From Coleofasciculus sp. B1-GNL1-01 (GTDB taxonomy: Bacteria > Cyanobacteriota > Cyanobacteriia > Cyanobacteriales > Coleofasciculaceae): a DNA stretch of 64,000 nucleotides. Positions 40,638 through 50,585 of the stretch are shown one piece after another. The stretch's first letter is position 1. Each line of letters begins with the position of its first letter. The notes beneath the pieces were generated by a model. The model searched no databases, was not told the origin of the DNA, and was given only the letters and a program-made list of their open reading frames with translations. A program made the translations under genes and the position numbers. The stretch lies in NCBI GenBank assembly GCA_040220235.1, contig JAVJTO010000088.1, one strand, 5' to 3'.

Positions 40638-42491
40638 TTGGATTTGGGTGATTATACATTGAAAACCCGTTCTCATTACTGGCAACTGTTGCCTTATCTT
40701 CGCCCTCAAGGAGTTACCATTGGGCAAGCCTTAGCTTGTACTGTGGGATTTGTCGCCGTGTGGCCCCTCCTAGCTTGGCTAGCGGGGCGGATTGCGGCTT
40801 ATGTGGGACAAGGAAATGTGGGCGCGATCGCACAAGTTGCCGGAATTGCTGCTTTAATTTTCTTGGGTCAGAAGCTGGCACAGTATGGGCAAGATACCCT
40901 CATGGCAAAGGCGGCTTTGTCGATTACACTGGATTTGCGGAAAAATGTCTACGCCCACCTGCAAACCCTGAGTCTGGACTACTTTGAAACCACCAGAACC
41001 GGGGACTTATCCTATCGACTCACTGAGGACATTGACCGCATTGGTGAGGTGGTGAACAAGTTCTTTCACCAGTTTCTCCCCAGTGTCTTACAGTTGATTG
41101 CGGTCTTCGCTTATGTGGTTTACCTGAATTGGCAACTTACCCTGGGTATTATACTCATTGCCCCACTGATGGGTCTATTAATTGGCTGGTTTGGCGAACG
41201 GATGCGCCAATTTTCCCGGCGGAGTCAAAATCGGGTGTCGGATTTATCGGCGTTGCTGATTGAAGTCTTTAGTGGGATTCGGTTAGTCCAAGCGTTTGCG
41301 GCTGAAGACTACACATTAGAGCGATTTAGTCAAGAGGCAGAACACAATCGGAAAGCTAAGTATGCGGCGGAACGGTTAAAGGCGATTCAGTTTCCGGTGG
41401 TGGGGTTTCTGGAGGCGATGTGTTTGTTATTAGTCTTTTTACTGGGGGGATGGCAAATTGCCCAAGGTAACTTAACGGGGAGTGAATTTGTCAGCTACGG
41501 GGCGGCGGTTGCCATGCTCATTGATCCAATCGCGATCGTTACCAGTAACTATAACGAATTTAAGCAAGGTGAGGCATCGGTTGATCGCATCTTTGAACTG
41601 TTTGCGATTGTGCCAACGGTGATCGAAAAAGAGGGGGCGATGACTCTACCCCCGGTTACGGGTAAAGTCGAATATCGTCAGATTAGCTTTGCCTACACTC
41701 AAGCCCAAGAGAACTTAGAAAGGGCGGGTTTTGAGGAAACGTTATCATCAATCGCCAAAGATCAAGACGCGCCATGGCAAGACGTGCCATGGCACGTCTC
41801 TACAGGTAAAACGCCTTGGGTGCTAAAAGACTTAAGTTTTCTGGTTCAGCCAGGAGATGCGATCGCACTGGTTGGCGCATCGGGTGCGGGTAAAACCACA
41901 TTAGTTAATTTACTCCCCCGTTTCTATGATCCGCAAGCCGGAGAAATCCTCATCGATGGGATTAATATTCGAAACGTTACCCTAAAAAGCCTACGGCGAC
42001 AGATAGGCATTGTTCCCCAGGAAACCACCCTATTTTCTGGCACAATTGCTCAAAATATTGCCTTTGGTCAAAAAGACTTTGACCTAGACGCTGTTCAAGA
42101 CGCCGCCAAAATCGCCAATGCCCACCAATTTATTATCCAATTCTCCCAAGGGTATCACACCTGGGTGGGAGAACGGGGGATTAACCTATCTGGGGGACAA
42201 CGACAACGACTTGCGATCGCGCGGGCGGTTCTTCTGAATCCCAGTATTCTTATCTTAGATGAAGCCACCTCCGCCTTGGATTCAGAATCAGAAGCCTTAG
42301 TTCAAGAAGCCTTAGACCGGATTATGAAAGAGCGCACCGTCTTTATCATCGCGCATCGCCTCACCACGGTGCGCCGCGCTGACCGAATTTTGGTGATGGA
42401 ACAGGGACAGATTATCGAGTCAGGAACCCATGCCGAATTGTTAGAGCGAGGGGGACGTTATGCGCGATTCTATGCTCAACAGTTTACTTAG
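40638..42491 (+). CDS. ABC exporter permease/ATPase (MsbA-like); start may be TTG 40659
   Basis: TM domain, GASGAGKT, LSGGQRQR, ILDEATS. Confidence 0.93.
   Translation: MDLGDYTLKTRSHYWQLLPYLRPQGVTIGQALACTVGFVAVWPLLAWLAGRIAAYVGQGNVGAIAQVAGIAALIFLGQKLAQYGQDTLMAKAALSITLDLRKNVYAHLQTLSLDYFETTRTGDLSYRLTEDIDRIGEVVNKFFHQFLPSVLQLIAVFAYVVYLNWQLTLGIILIAPLMGLLIGWFGERMRQFSRRSQNRVSDLSALLIEVFSGIRLVQAFAAEDYTLERFSQEAEHNRKAKYAAERLKAIQFPVVGFLEAMCLLLVFLLGGWQIAQGNLTGSEFVSYGAAVAMLIDPIAIVTSNYNEFKQGEASVDRIFELFAIVPTVIEKEGAMTLPPVTGKVEYRQISFAYTQAQENLERAGFEETLSSIAKDQDAPWQDVPWHVSTGKTPWVLKDLSFLVQPGDAIALVGASGAGKTTLVNLLPRFYDPQAGEILIDGINIRNVTLKSLRRQIGIVPQETTLFSGTIAQNIAFGQKDFDLDAVQDAAKIANAHQFIIQFSQGYHTWVGERGINLSGGQRQRLAIARAVLLNPSILILDEATSALDSESEALVQEALDRIMKERTVFIIAHRLTTVRRADRILVMEQGQIIESGTHAELLERGGRYARFYAQQFT
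41721..41804 (+). repeat. In-frame composite of a family A half and a family B hairpin inside the ABC NBD
   Basis: AGGGCGGGTTTTG..AAACGTTATCATCAAT matches 59731; AGACGCGCCATGGCA duplicated, then CGTCTCTACA as at 25949. Confidence 0.88.
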
Positions 42492-42585
42492 GGTCTGCTG
42501 ATGGTGGGGTTAGAGAGCAGGGGAAGCTGGGGAAGCTGGGGGAGCAGGGGAAGCAGAGGGAGCTGGGGGAGAGGAGGGCAAATCT

Positions 42586-45330
42586 TTATGGCTGAATCCC
42601 TATTACTAGGCAAACGTTATCGACAGTTGCTTGAGGGGAATGCCAAGTCAGAAGCGATCGCCGAATTGCTTCTATTACCGTCTGATCCTTTACCGATGAG
42701 GCTTTCTCGTTAATCGTTAGCTGTTGTACAAGACGTTTGCTAATGTAGAACTCGAAGACGAGAAACCCGTTAACATTTGGGGATAACTGGATCGATTGTA
42801 GGCGTTGAGTCAAACGCGCGATCGCATCTTCGTTTAATCCAGATGCACTAACAATGTGTAGGCGATTCGGAGTAGACGGAGCTGTCGGAAGCGGAGCTTT
42901 TGCCGTCGATTTCATCTTTGGAGTTCTCGATGGCGCTGGCTCAGGGGTAGGACTCCATTCCTCATCGAGTTCCATCATATTGGGACTGATCAGGGTGATA
43001 TCAAACTCATCCAGCGGTCCTGAAGGAATCTGCTCAAACTCATAGGTCGCTTCTACTTCTACATCTCCAAAAATTCCCTGATAACTAATCCCTTCCGGCA
43101 TTTCCACGGGAACTTGTACAGAAACAGAATGATTATTGGGATTGACGCGCACTTCATCACTGACAGCAATAAAAGCAGTATATTGAGACAAGAGTTGATA
43201 AGTTAAAGCCGTATCCGTGATAGTCTCTACGCCAACCTTTGTCTCTCCCTTCACCATTTGATTCATCAAGTCTTTAATCCGGTTACGACCCCAAAGTTGG
43301 GCAATCGCAGGATTTCCCGTCTCCTCAAAGTTAAGCTCAAAACTCTGCTGATACTGCTGTCCTCCAGCAATCGTTCCTGTTACTTCTAGCCTTCCCGGTA
43401 TAGCATCTTTTTTGCATCCAAATAGAACTAATGGCTGTTCAGCAAATAAATCGGGTGGAGTCGCCGGATAAATGATGGGAGGTTCACCCTCGCCTTGCCA
43501 GTACAATTGAATATTGGTCAGCACTGGATTATTAATTTGCCCGAAGAACTGTTCAGCGACTTCTTCAGTCGGCTCATCGTAGCGGACAATCCGGGAAATT
43601 CCCCGTCCAATTTCAGCAATTCGATTTAGGATAAAACGATTAACCGAACTTCCTGCACCAAAACTGTGCAAGCGATTTCCTAATTTTAAATGGCGTTGGA
43701 CTTCTGCCAGAATTTGATTTTCGTTGCCAATATAGCCGTCGGTTAGCAGTACAATACTCCGTAATCGTCCCGGATCAACCTCTGGAAAATTTAGCACCGC
43801 CTGAATCCCCCGCATCAGTTGGGTTCCGCCACTGGCGTTTAACTGATTGATATACTTCATGGCGCTGTTGCGGTTTTTTTCTGTATTCGCCAAGGGAACG
43901 GGTGAAAGTTGGCGGGTGGTATCTGAGAAATCGATAATAGTGAACGTATCGTGGGGATTGAGTCCGTTGATAAAGCGGCGCATTAATTCTTGACATTTGG
44001 TTAAGGGTTCACCACTTTGAGAACCTGATGTGTCAATCAAAAACACTACATCTTTGGGAACCAACTGATCGGGGTTATACTCAATCGCTGGAATCAAATA
44101 AACCGCAAAATGTCCGCCACGAGTATCGGTTTGAGAGAGGACTGTGGTTTGCGTGCGATCGCCTGCGACTTGATAGCGTAAAATTAGGTCTTTATTGGGA
44201 ATTGTGTCTCGTTGAGATAGCGTGACTCCCATCCGCTGTTCTTGACGCTCAATTTGAATCTGGTGTGAGGGAGAATGCACGTCTTTAATCTCAACCCCAG
44301 CCTCAATATCTACGGTTACATTAATATCATGTCCCGAACGAGTTCCGGGAGGTAGAATTGGCGCATTTAAGCGGGACGCATCTGGCACTAAATCGGTATC
44401 TTTATTCAGTGTCATTGGTGCAGGTGCTGAACCCCCACCTACCGTATTTTCATCAATCGTGGTTCCGGGAATATAACGAGGTCCCACGACCATGGGAAAG
44501 ATAAACTCGTAACTTCCCCCAACAAATTTTAGACTATCGGTATAGCGAATTATCACATCAATTTGCTCACCGGGTTGGATGTTAGCTAGGGATTGAGTAA
44601 AAATGTTAGCCCGTTCCTGTTCTAGTAATCCGGCGGTGCGTCCTTGCTTTTTGGCTTGTTCGTAAATAGCTACCGCTTCTTGGCGTTTTTTGATGTTGCC
44701 TTTGATTGTGCGATCGCCGATGCGAATCTCCATATCATCGACAGCCGCTTCATCGGGTAAGGGGAAGATATAGGTAGCTTCTAGGGGAGTGGAAAAAGGA
44801 TTCTCAAAGGTTTGTGTTACTTCTACCCGTGAGACATTTCCCGTCACCTTGGCTTGTACATCAGTATGCTTCAGGGGAAAGACTAGCGGGTTTCCTGTTT
44901 CAGATTGAACGTATAAACCACCAAATTGGGGAGGTTTGGGTAGAACGGTTGATTTAGTCTTCTTGGTCTTATATTTCATTTTCCATTGACCTGATTTTTT
45001 AAGTAGGTAGTATTTCGCACTGACATTGGGACCAAAAACAACCTCATCTTCATCTTCAAGATCATGGACTTGACATTTTTTGCTATTAACTAATAGTCCA
45101 TTAGCACTTTGCTTACCTTGGACATTACCATCAACAACTTTATAAACACAACTGCCATCGTCTCTAATTTGTCGAATTAATGTGGCATGATGGCGAGATA
45201 TAAACATTGAGTGGATGCGGATATCGCATTGTGGATCTCTACCTAGGGAATAGACTGATTCTTCCAAAGTATATTCTTTGCGCCCCTTGTCGTCTTCAAT
45301 AATCAACAAATGGGTGGATGGATTTAGCAT
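42586..45330 (-). CDS. FHA-VIT-vWA protein with after-VIT-like C-terminal domain
   Basis: GRD..CDI...SRHH...NG (FHA); QTFENP..LEATYIFPLP (VIT); DTSGS and LLTDG MIDAS; AAGGAG RBS. Confidence 0.9.
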   Translation of the reverse strand: MLNPSTHLLIIEDDKGRKEYTLEESVYSLGRDPQCDIRIHSMFISRHHATLIRQIRDDGSCVYKVVDGNVQGKQSANGLLVNSKKCQVHDLEDEDEVVFGPNVSAKYYLLKKSGQWKMKYKTKKTKSTVLPKPPQFGGLYVQSETGNPLVFPLKHTDVQAKVTGNVSRVEVTQTFENPFSTPLEATYIFPLPDEAAVDDMEIRIGDRTIKGNIKKRQEAVAIYEQAKKQGRTAGLLEQERANIFTQSLANIQPGEQIDVIIRYTDSLKFVGGSYEFIFPMVVGPRYIPGTTIDENTVGGGSAPAPMTLNKDTDLVPDASRLNAPILPPGTRSGHDINVTVDIEAGVEIKDVHSPSHQIQIERQEQRMGVTLSQRDTIPNKDLILRYQVAGDRTQTTVLSQTDTRGGHFAVYLIPAIEYNPDQLVPKDVVFLIDTSGSQSGEPLTKCQELMRRFINGLNPHDTFTIIDFSDTTRQLSPVPLANTEKNRNSAMKYINQLNASGGTQLMRGIQAVLNFPEVDPGRLRSIVLLTDGYIGNENQILAEVQRHLKLGNRLHSFGAGSSVNRFILNRIAEIGRGISRIVRYDEPTEEVAEQFFGQINNPVLTNIQLYWQGEGEPPIIYPATPPDLFAEQPLVLFGCKKDAIPGRLEVTGTIAGGQQYQQSFELNFEETGNPAIAQLWGRNRIKDLMNQMVKGETKVGVETITDTALTYQLLSQYTAFIAVSDEVRVNPNNHSVSVQVPVEMPEGISYQGIFGDVEVEATYEFEQIPSGPLDEFDITLISPNMMELDEEWSPTPEPAPSRTPKMKSTAKAPLPTAPSTPNRLHIVSASGLNEDAIARLTQRLQSIQLSPNVNGFLVFEFYISKRLVQQLTINEKASSVKDQTVIEAIRRSLLTWHSPQATVDNVCLVIGIQP

Positions 45331-45360
45331 GATGGTTCTCCTTTTTTCAGTAAGCCCCGA

Positions 45361-45482
45361 CACCCGCCAAGACCTCAAGTTCTTGGCTAAAAGCTTAAGT
45401 CCATTAAAATGGACTATAATTTTTATCTAGTCAACTCGATTCTGACTTGAGCTTGGGTGCCTTGGGTTTCAATTCAAGGCGG
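45361..45482 (+). mobile_element. Family D multi-hairpin (REPIN-like) element
   Basis: GCCAAGA..AAGTTCTTGGC plus AGTCCATTAAAATGGACT; copies at 47078-47130, 50507-50557 (inverted), 57577-57701. Confidence 0.85.
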
Positions 45483-45497
45483 TTTAACACTTTTGTC

Positions 45498-45593
45498 TGT
45501 CTATCCTCAGCATAAGGGCGGTTTTGAGGGGAAACTGTTCAGTCTTTGACTCACCCTTTGACTCAGTAATTGACTCAGTAGAGGTTGTGGTAT
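45498..45593 (-). promoter_or_regulatory. Probable VIT gene promoter with three TTGACTCA repeats at 12-bp period
   Basis: GACTC at 45548, 45560, 45572; TATGCT -10-like hexamer on minus strand; diverged copy at 47209-47280. Confidence 0.5.
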
Positions 45594-45732
45594 CCTGTGC
45601 CTCCCCCATGGGACTGATTAGGCGTTACACTTGCTGTTGAGCTTGTTCATCAATGGCTACAGCATCTGAGTATGAAGGACACGCTCCAGTCAGCCGTTTT
45701 GGACTGGAGTTTAGACCCAATCTGAAACTACA

Positions 45733-45860
45733 TATAGCGCTACGCGCCAGGGAATAGGCAATAGGCAATAGGCAATAGTGAAGACAAAAGCTTACCTTAC
45801 AAGGGATTGAGCGATTTGAATTTTTCTTCATTTGTCCTAACCTTATTGCGTAGTGCTATA
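45733..45860. mobile_element. MITE family M2
   Basis: TATAGCGCTACGC...GCGTAGTGCTATA with AGGCAAT repeats. Confidence 0.85.
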
Positions 45861-46809
45861 TAGGGGGTGAGTAACGCTTACCTTCCCAGTTTAATTTTAA
45901 TTATTATTCTCATACACAGACGACCAGGAATTCAAATACATGGCTTAGTTTTCAGGGTATGTGGCGCAACGAAGGGAGGTAAGTTTTGAGTGAGAGATTG
46001 GGAGATTTGTAGATTGTGTAGGGGCGGGTTTCACTACTATCTTTTAGGTGTCACCAGAATGTGACTAAACCCGCCCCGACTCAGGTTTATAGACTTCCCG
46101 TGAAAAGTTAGAAATACATGAAGGCGTTAATTCTCTATGCAAAGGATGAAAAGATGATTCAATTCTTGGGGAAAATATTTAGTTGTCTGTGTCAATCTGT
46201 GTCCCCCACTATTCAGGGTTCTGTCTGCGTCATCCCTTCTGTGTCCTCTGTGTCTTTGTCAATACTTAGTCATAATTCTTCTTGTAACTTTAACAAAATA
46301 CATGCGTCCAAGGGGATATTGGGCGTGAGGCAAGAATCATGTATTATACAAAGTTTTTACGAAGATTCAAGGGGTTTATCTGTGCCTAGATTATTTTTGC
46401 CTACAAAAAACCCACCATAGATAGTATACCTGAAAACCGCACAGTCCCCTCACAATCGCTGTAACCCCTGAAATTTCGTAGCTTTTTCCCAAAAAGAGGT
46501 AAAAAACGAGCAATTATGACGTTTTGTTGAGACGAGACTTTGATTTAAAAATTTAAACTGTTCTGAGGGAAAGAATGGTTTAAATTATCAAAACTTGACA
46601 ATTTGAGCCGAAATGACATCGAGTCAAGGGAAGCATAACAGTAGCGAAGCAGAAAGAAAAAGCCAAGGGGTATTTAGTGGATAGTGGTTATCAAAAGAAG
46701 TGCGATCGCCAATACGAATCTCCAGGCTTTGGGGTTTTATATCAAGTATGGCTTTGGAACGATCGTGGTCTATAAATTTCCGCAGTTGAGTCGGCAGGAG
46801 ATTGCAGCA

Positions 46810-47070
46810 ATGTTTGGATTGAGTGAGTTGAAGCAGACACGAGTCTATCAGGAAGCGTTGGAGGAAGGAAGGCAACGAGAGGGAGTAGCGCTGGTTCTCC
46901 GTTTGCTCAATCGTCGAGTTGGGGTAATAAGTCCAGAACTCCAAGCTCAAATTGAAGCGCTATCGCTGGAGCAAGTGGAGGCATTGGCAGAGGCGTTGTT
47001 GGATTTTTCTGGAGTGGAAGATTTGGTGAGTTGGTTGGATAGGCAGGGTGAGCATCCTTCAATGGTTTGA
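46810..47070 (+). CDS. C-terminal fragment of an Rpn-family (DUF2887/DUF4351) gene, possibly expressed as a small protein
   Basis: YKFPQLSRQEIAAMFGLSELKQTRVYQEA...LAEALLDF; AGGAG 9 nt before ATG 46810; nuclease domain absent. Confidence 0.7.
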   Translation: MFGLSELKQTRVYQEALEEGRQREGVALVLRLLNRRVGVISPELQAQIEALSLEQVEALAEALLDFSGVEDLVSWLDRQGEHPSMV

Positions 47071-47208
47071 TAAAATTCCGCCCGGAGTTTAAACTCCGGG
47101 CTAATAGCTTAAGTCCACTTCAGTGGACTGGAAATTTTACCGAGTTCTATGCAAGAGGAGTTTTGCTACTTGCTGAGTCATTGGAGTAATCTCCTGTACG
47201 TTTTTGCT

Positions 47209-47280
47209 TGTCTATCCTTAGCGTAAGAGGGGTTTTGGGGGGAAAGTGTTCAGTCTTTGACTCAGTAGAGGTTTTCGTAT
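47209..47280 (-). repeat. Diverged duplicate of the 45498-45593 promoter-like block
   Basis: Shared TGTCTATCCT..GGTTTTG.GGG.AAA.TGTTCAGTCTTTGACTCA..GTAGAGGTT. Confidence 0.8.
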
Positions 47281-47371
47281 TGTACCCTTACCCGATGTGT
47301 CACAAGGCGGATTTGCTAGAATATAGGTTCTTGACTCTCATCTAACTCTAGAAACCCACATATTTGAACGA

Positions 47372-49168
47372 GTGATTAGCGAATCTCAAGCAGAATATTT
47401 ACTGTCTCAGTGTGAGAGGTGGCTCGGCGCAAAATTACATAAACTTCGATGGCGTCTTAGAAGTGAACATGAACAGACGAAATCTCACTTATGGGAACTC
47501 ATCGTGCTACAGGCAACAGCTTCTGCGGTTATTTCAAGGCATCATAGTCGAGATGTAGCAAACTCAGAAGTTTCATCTCTAATTCAGCCTGAGGGAGAGC
47601 AAGAAGCAGTTCCTGATATTTTCTTGCAACCTGATGACGGCGCTCCTTTTTGGGTAGAAGTTGCATATATTACCCCTCGTAACCCGCAACAAGAAACTGA
47701 TATTATACATTTTCCCTCTTGGGTGAGAGAAGAATTATCCAAAAGAAAGGTGGCTGATTCACAACACCTAAGAATCAGACTTAAGCCAGCCGATACTAGC
47801 AAAGATGTACAAGTACCGCCAAAAAATTCCTGGGGACAGTTACTTAAGACAGATAAATGGAAAACCTTTGTAGCTGAGCTGTAATCGGGTAACTTAAAGT
47901 CAAATCTATTTCTTGAAGAAACTGAAAATGCAAATGTAATTGTGCTAATTGAAGGGGTAGAACAAGGGAGTTTTGTCTCTTCATCCTTTCCAACCTTAAA
48001 TGTACCAAGATGTGCTGAAGACCACCCAATTTATAAAAAAATTGAGGAAAAGGCAAAGCAAGCCAAGAAATGTGAAAAATCCGGCAAAAAGTATAAACCG
48101 CTCGTTCTTTTTCTAGGTGCTTCTGAATGCCTACATCAAATCAATGATCATGGTACACCCTCATCTATTAGTCTTGAGCAAGCTGTATACTCTGCTCTAG
48201 CAGATACGGAACAGTGGGATTTAACAACAACTTTGAATGCGATAGGAACTGCACCTTGGCCTGGGACAAAAGGACGTAGACAAAGAGTTAAAAGTTCCAG
48301 GTTGATTTCGGCTGTGGTAATCGTCACGATTAAAAATGAATATTCTGGCTTAAGGTGGAGAAAACGAGCCAGTAGACCTATCGTGATCAAGAACCCTCAT
48401 CCTGATGTAGAGTTAACGGCACAGCAGGAACAACTTCTTCATCAAATAAATCTTAATCAGGTTGAATATGGATCTGGTTGTGAAAGCTGGGAGGCACAAC
48501 AATCACAGAGAATTCCTGTAGCATTACAAAGATACAAGGAACGAGAAGGTCGTTTTGTTTTTAGCCCTGGATCAGATTTTTCTTTTAACATAGAGATTCG
48601 ATGCAATCTTGTAGCTCTGTTCCTAGCCGGAGATATTACTGATTGTGAGGTTTGGGATAATAAAAATTCAGGCAGTGATGATTATCCAACTCTCAAAAAG
48701 CGAATAGGTGATGATCTGCGGCTTGCGGCAGAACTAAACCTAAAAATAGTCAATGTTAACTTTGTAAAAGTAGATCCTAAATTGAGAGAGCAATCACGCA
48801 TCAGGTTAGAGTTTGGTGCATTCACTGCTTCTACAGAGCCTATTAATGATTCTCCTAAAGCCTACATAGAAACTGATGCTAGCGGTGCTTTTACACTCAA
48901 GCTTCCCCAGAACCTTATAACGCGCCTGTTAGCCGGAAAAATTACGGCTGATGAAGTGTGGAATATTGAGAATAATAAACAAATCGGTGATTTATTAAAA
49001 AATGCAGTGAGTAGAGGTCAAGATATTATAGATGCAAAGCTCGTTCAGGTTAGTTCTGACCCTGAAAGTGAACCTGCACTCAGCTTAAACTTCAGCGCTC
49101 CTACCGACACGACAATACGTGAGGACAAAAAAATAATTCGTGAAGAAAAAAAGCGAAGAAAAAATTAA
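47372..49168 (+). pseudogene. About 598-codon unknown gene with one in-frame TAA (47882-47884)
   Basis: ORFs 47372 and 47942 share a frame with no other stop between them; PD...EV motif; duplicated C-terminal domain. Confidence 0.8.
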
Positions 49169-49303
49169 ATATCAGAAAACTAGACAACAAGGAATAGATA
49201 AATTAAACAGGAGGAGAACGAATTAAAACAGATGAAACCACCTTAACCGCCTGAATAACCCAAAAAATTGAAGCCTTGGGAGTTGAATTGTCGGATTAAA
49301 TCT

Positions 49304-49567
49304 ATGTTAAAAGAACTCCGGTTCAGTGACCATGCTCTGTTTAAACTTGACTTGTTAAGTCAACGAGGAATTGTGATTCATCAGGACTTTGTTATTGACA
49401 CCATCCAGGCTCCGGATAGACGAGAATTAGGAGAATGAGAAAAAATCACAGCACAAAAAAAGTTAGACGATAACTTAGTGTTACGAGTTGTTTATCGAGA
49501 CTATGAGGCATTCATTTTAGTGATTACATTGTATCCAGGTAGAAGGAGTCGCTATGAAAAAAATTAG
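49304..49567 (+). pseudogene. DUF4258-like toxin with in-frame TGA (49436-49438)
   Basis: FSDHA...PD...*...LRVVYR...VITLYP; overlaps DUF2283 start. Confidence 0.8.
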
Positions 49568-49751
49568 ATACAGCAAAGATGTAGATGCACTTTTGATTGA
49601 GCTTTCAGAGGATGCGATCGCCTATGCAGAAGATGAAGGACGGATAATCCTTCACTACTCACTTAATGACCAGCTCGTGCTGATTGAGATTTTAGATTTC
49701 AAGCAGTCTATGTCTGAAGAGATGATTGCTGAACTTGTTTCAACATCTTGA
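49554..49751 (+). CDS. DUF2283 antitoxin
   Basis: YSKDVDALLIEL...IEILD. Confidence 0.85.
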   Translation: MKKIRYSKDVDALLIELSEDAIAYAEDEGRIILHYSLNDQLVLIEILDFKQSMSEEMIAELVSTS

Positions 49752-50174
49752 TTTTTATCAATTGCGATCGCAGTACCATCGGTACTATGGTGGGCAAGGT
49801 TTAAAGGGCATTTAACTCTTACCAACAAGCAATGGTGAAACCTTGCCAACCCTAAGATGTAATTTTAGCTACCTTACCATTCTCCAAGTAATGTCAGGAT
49901 TTTAGTCGGTGTTTGTACCATTGAGTTACCTTTACAAGCAGACTGCTATTGTATCAAGCCCATAACGATTAAGGGCGGGTTTTGTTGAACAGTTATCGGC
50001 GGAGTAAGCGCATTTTAGTCCCTAAACCCGCCCCTACAATTGATAGACGTGCCAGGATATGTCTCTACATGACTTACTCTGTCTTCCCCACTACTAGCTG
50101 CTATTACTGAATCGACGCTCTAGAGTCCCCTAGCTAAACTAGAATAAGTTGAGAATTGTGGGCAGGAGAGCAAG

Positions 50175-50402
50175 ATGGATATGCCTATTTTGGATAAGCT
50201 TATTGAACAACTAAAAATTATGCCTCAAGACTTGCAGTGGCGAGTGCTGGAATTTGCACGCGCTTTAGCCAGTTCAAGAATTCAAGGTGTCCCTGGGCGA
50301 CAATTACTACGTTTTGCAGGTTCAATCCCACCCGATGATGTTAAGTTAATGCGCCAAGCAATAGAACAAGGCTGTGAACAAGTTGAACTCAATGAGTGGT
50401 AG
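50175..50402 (+). CDS. Antitoxin-like small protein followed by a VapC stub at 50392 (MSGR*LL)
   Basis: QWRVLEFARAL, FAGSI..DD...M..AIE..CE.V; overlapping ATGAGTGGTAGATAGTTATTAGA. Confidence 0.7.
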   Translation: MDMPILDKLIEQLKIMPQDLQWRVLEFARALASSRIQGVPGRQLLRFAGSIPPDDVKLMRQAIEQGCEQVELNEW

Positions 50403-50585
50403 ATAGTTATTAGAAAGCAGGGGAATATAAAACATAAGTAAATCGGCATGTTTTACCGGATTAACCCATAACTAAAGTCCATAATTAATAGACAGTATAT
50501 GGATTTTAGTCCATTTTAATGGACTTGAACTATAAGCCAAGAACTTGAGTTCTTGGCAGATACTATCCTCATCGATCATGCTACT

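Noticed and set aside
45900..46680. Long AT-rich gap with ORF 46118-46420; possible origin or ncRNA
   Set aside because: No recognisable protein motif, iterons, DnaA-box cluster or RNA structure beyond known repeats
47884..47942. Programmed frameshift or recoding
   Set aside because: The two ORFs are in the same frame and separated by TAA; a nonsense mutation or sequencing error is simpler
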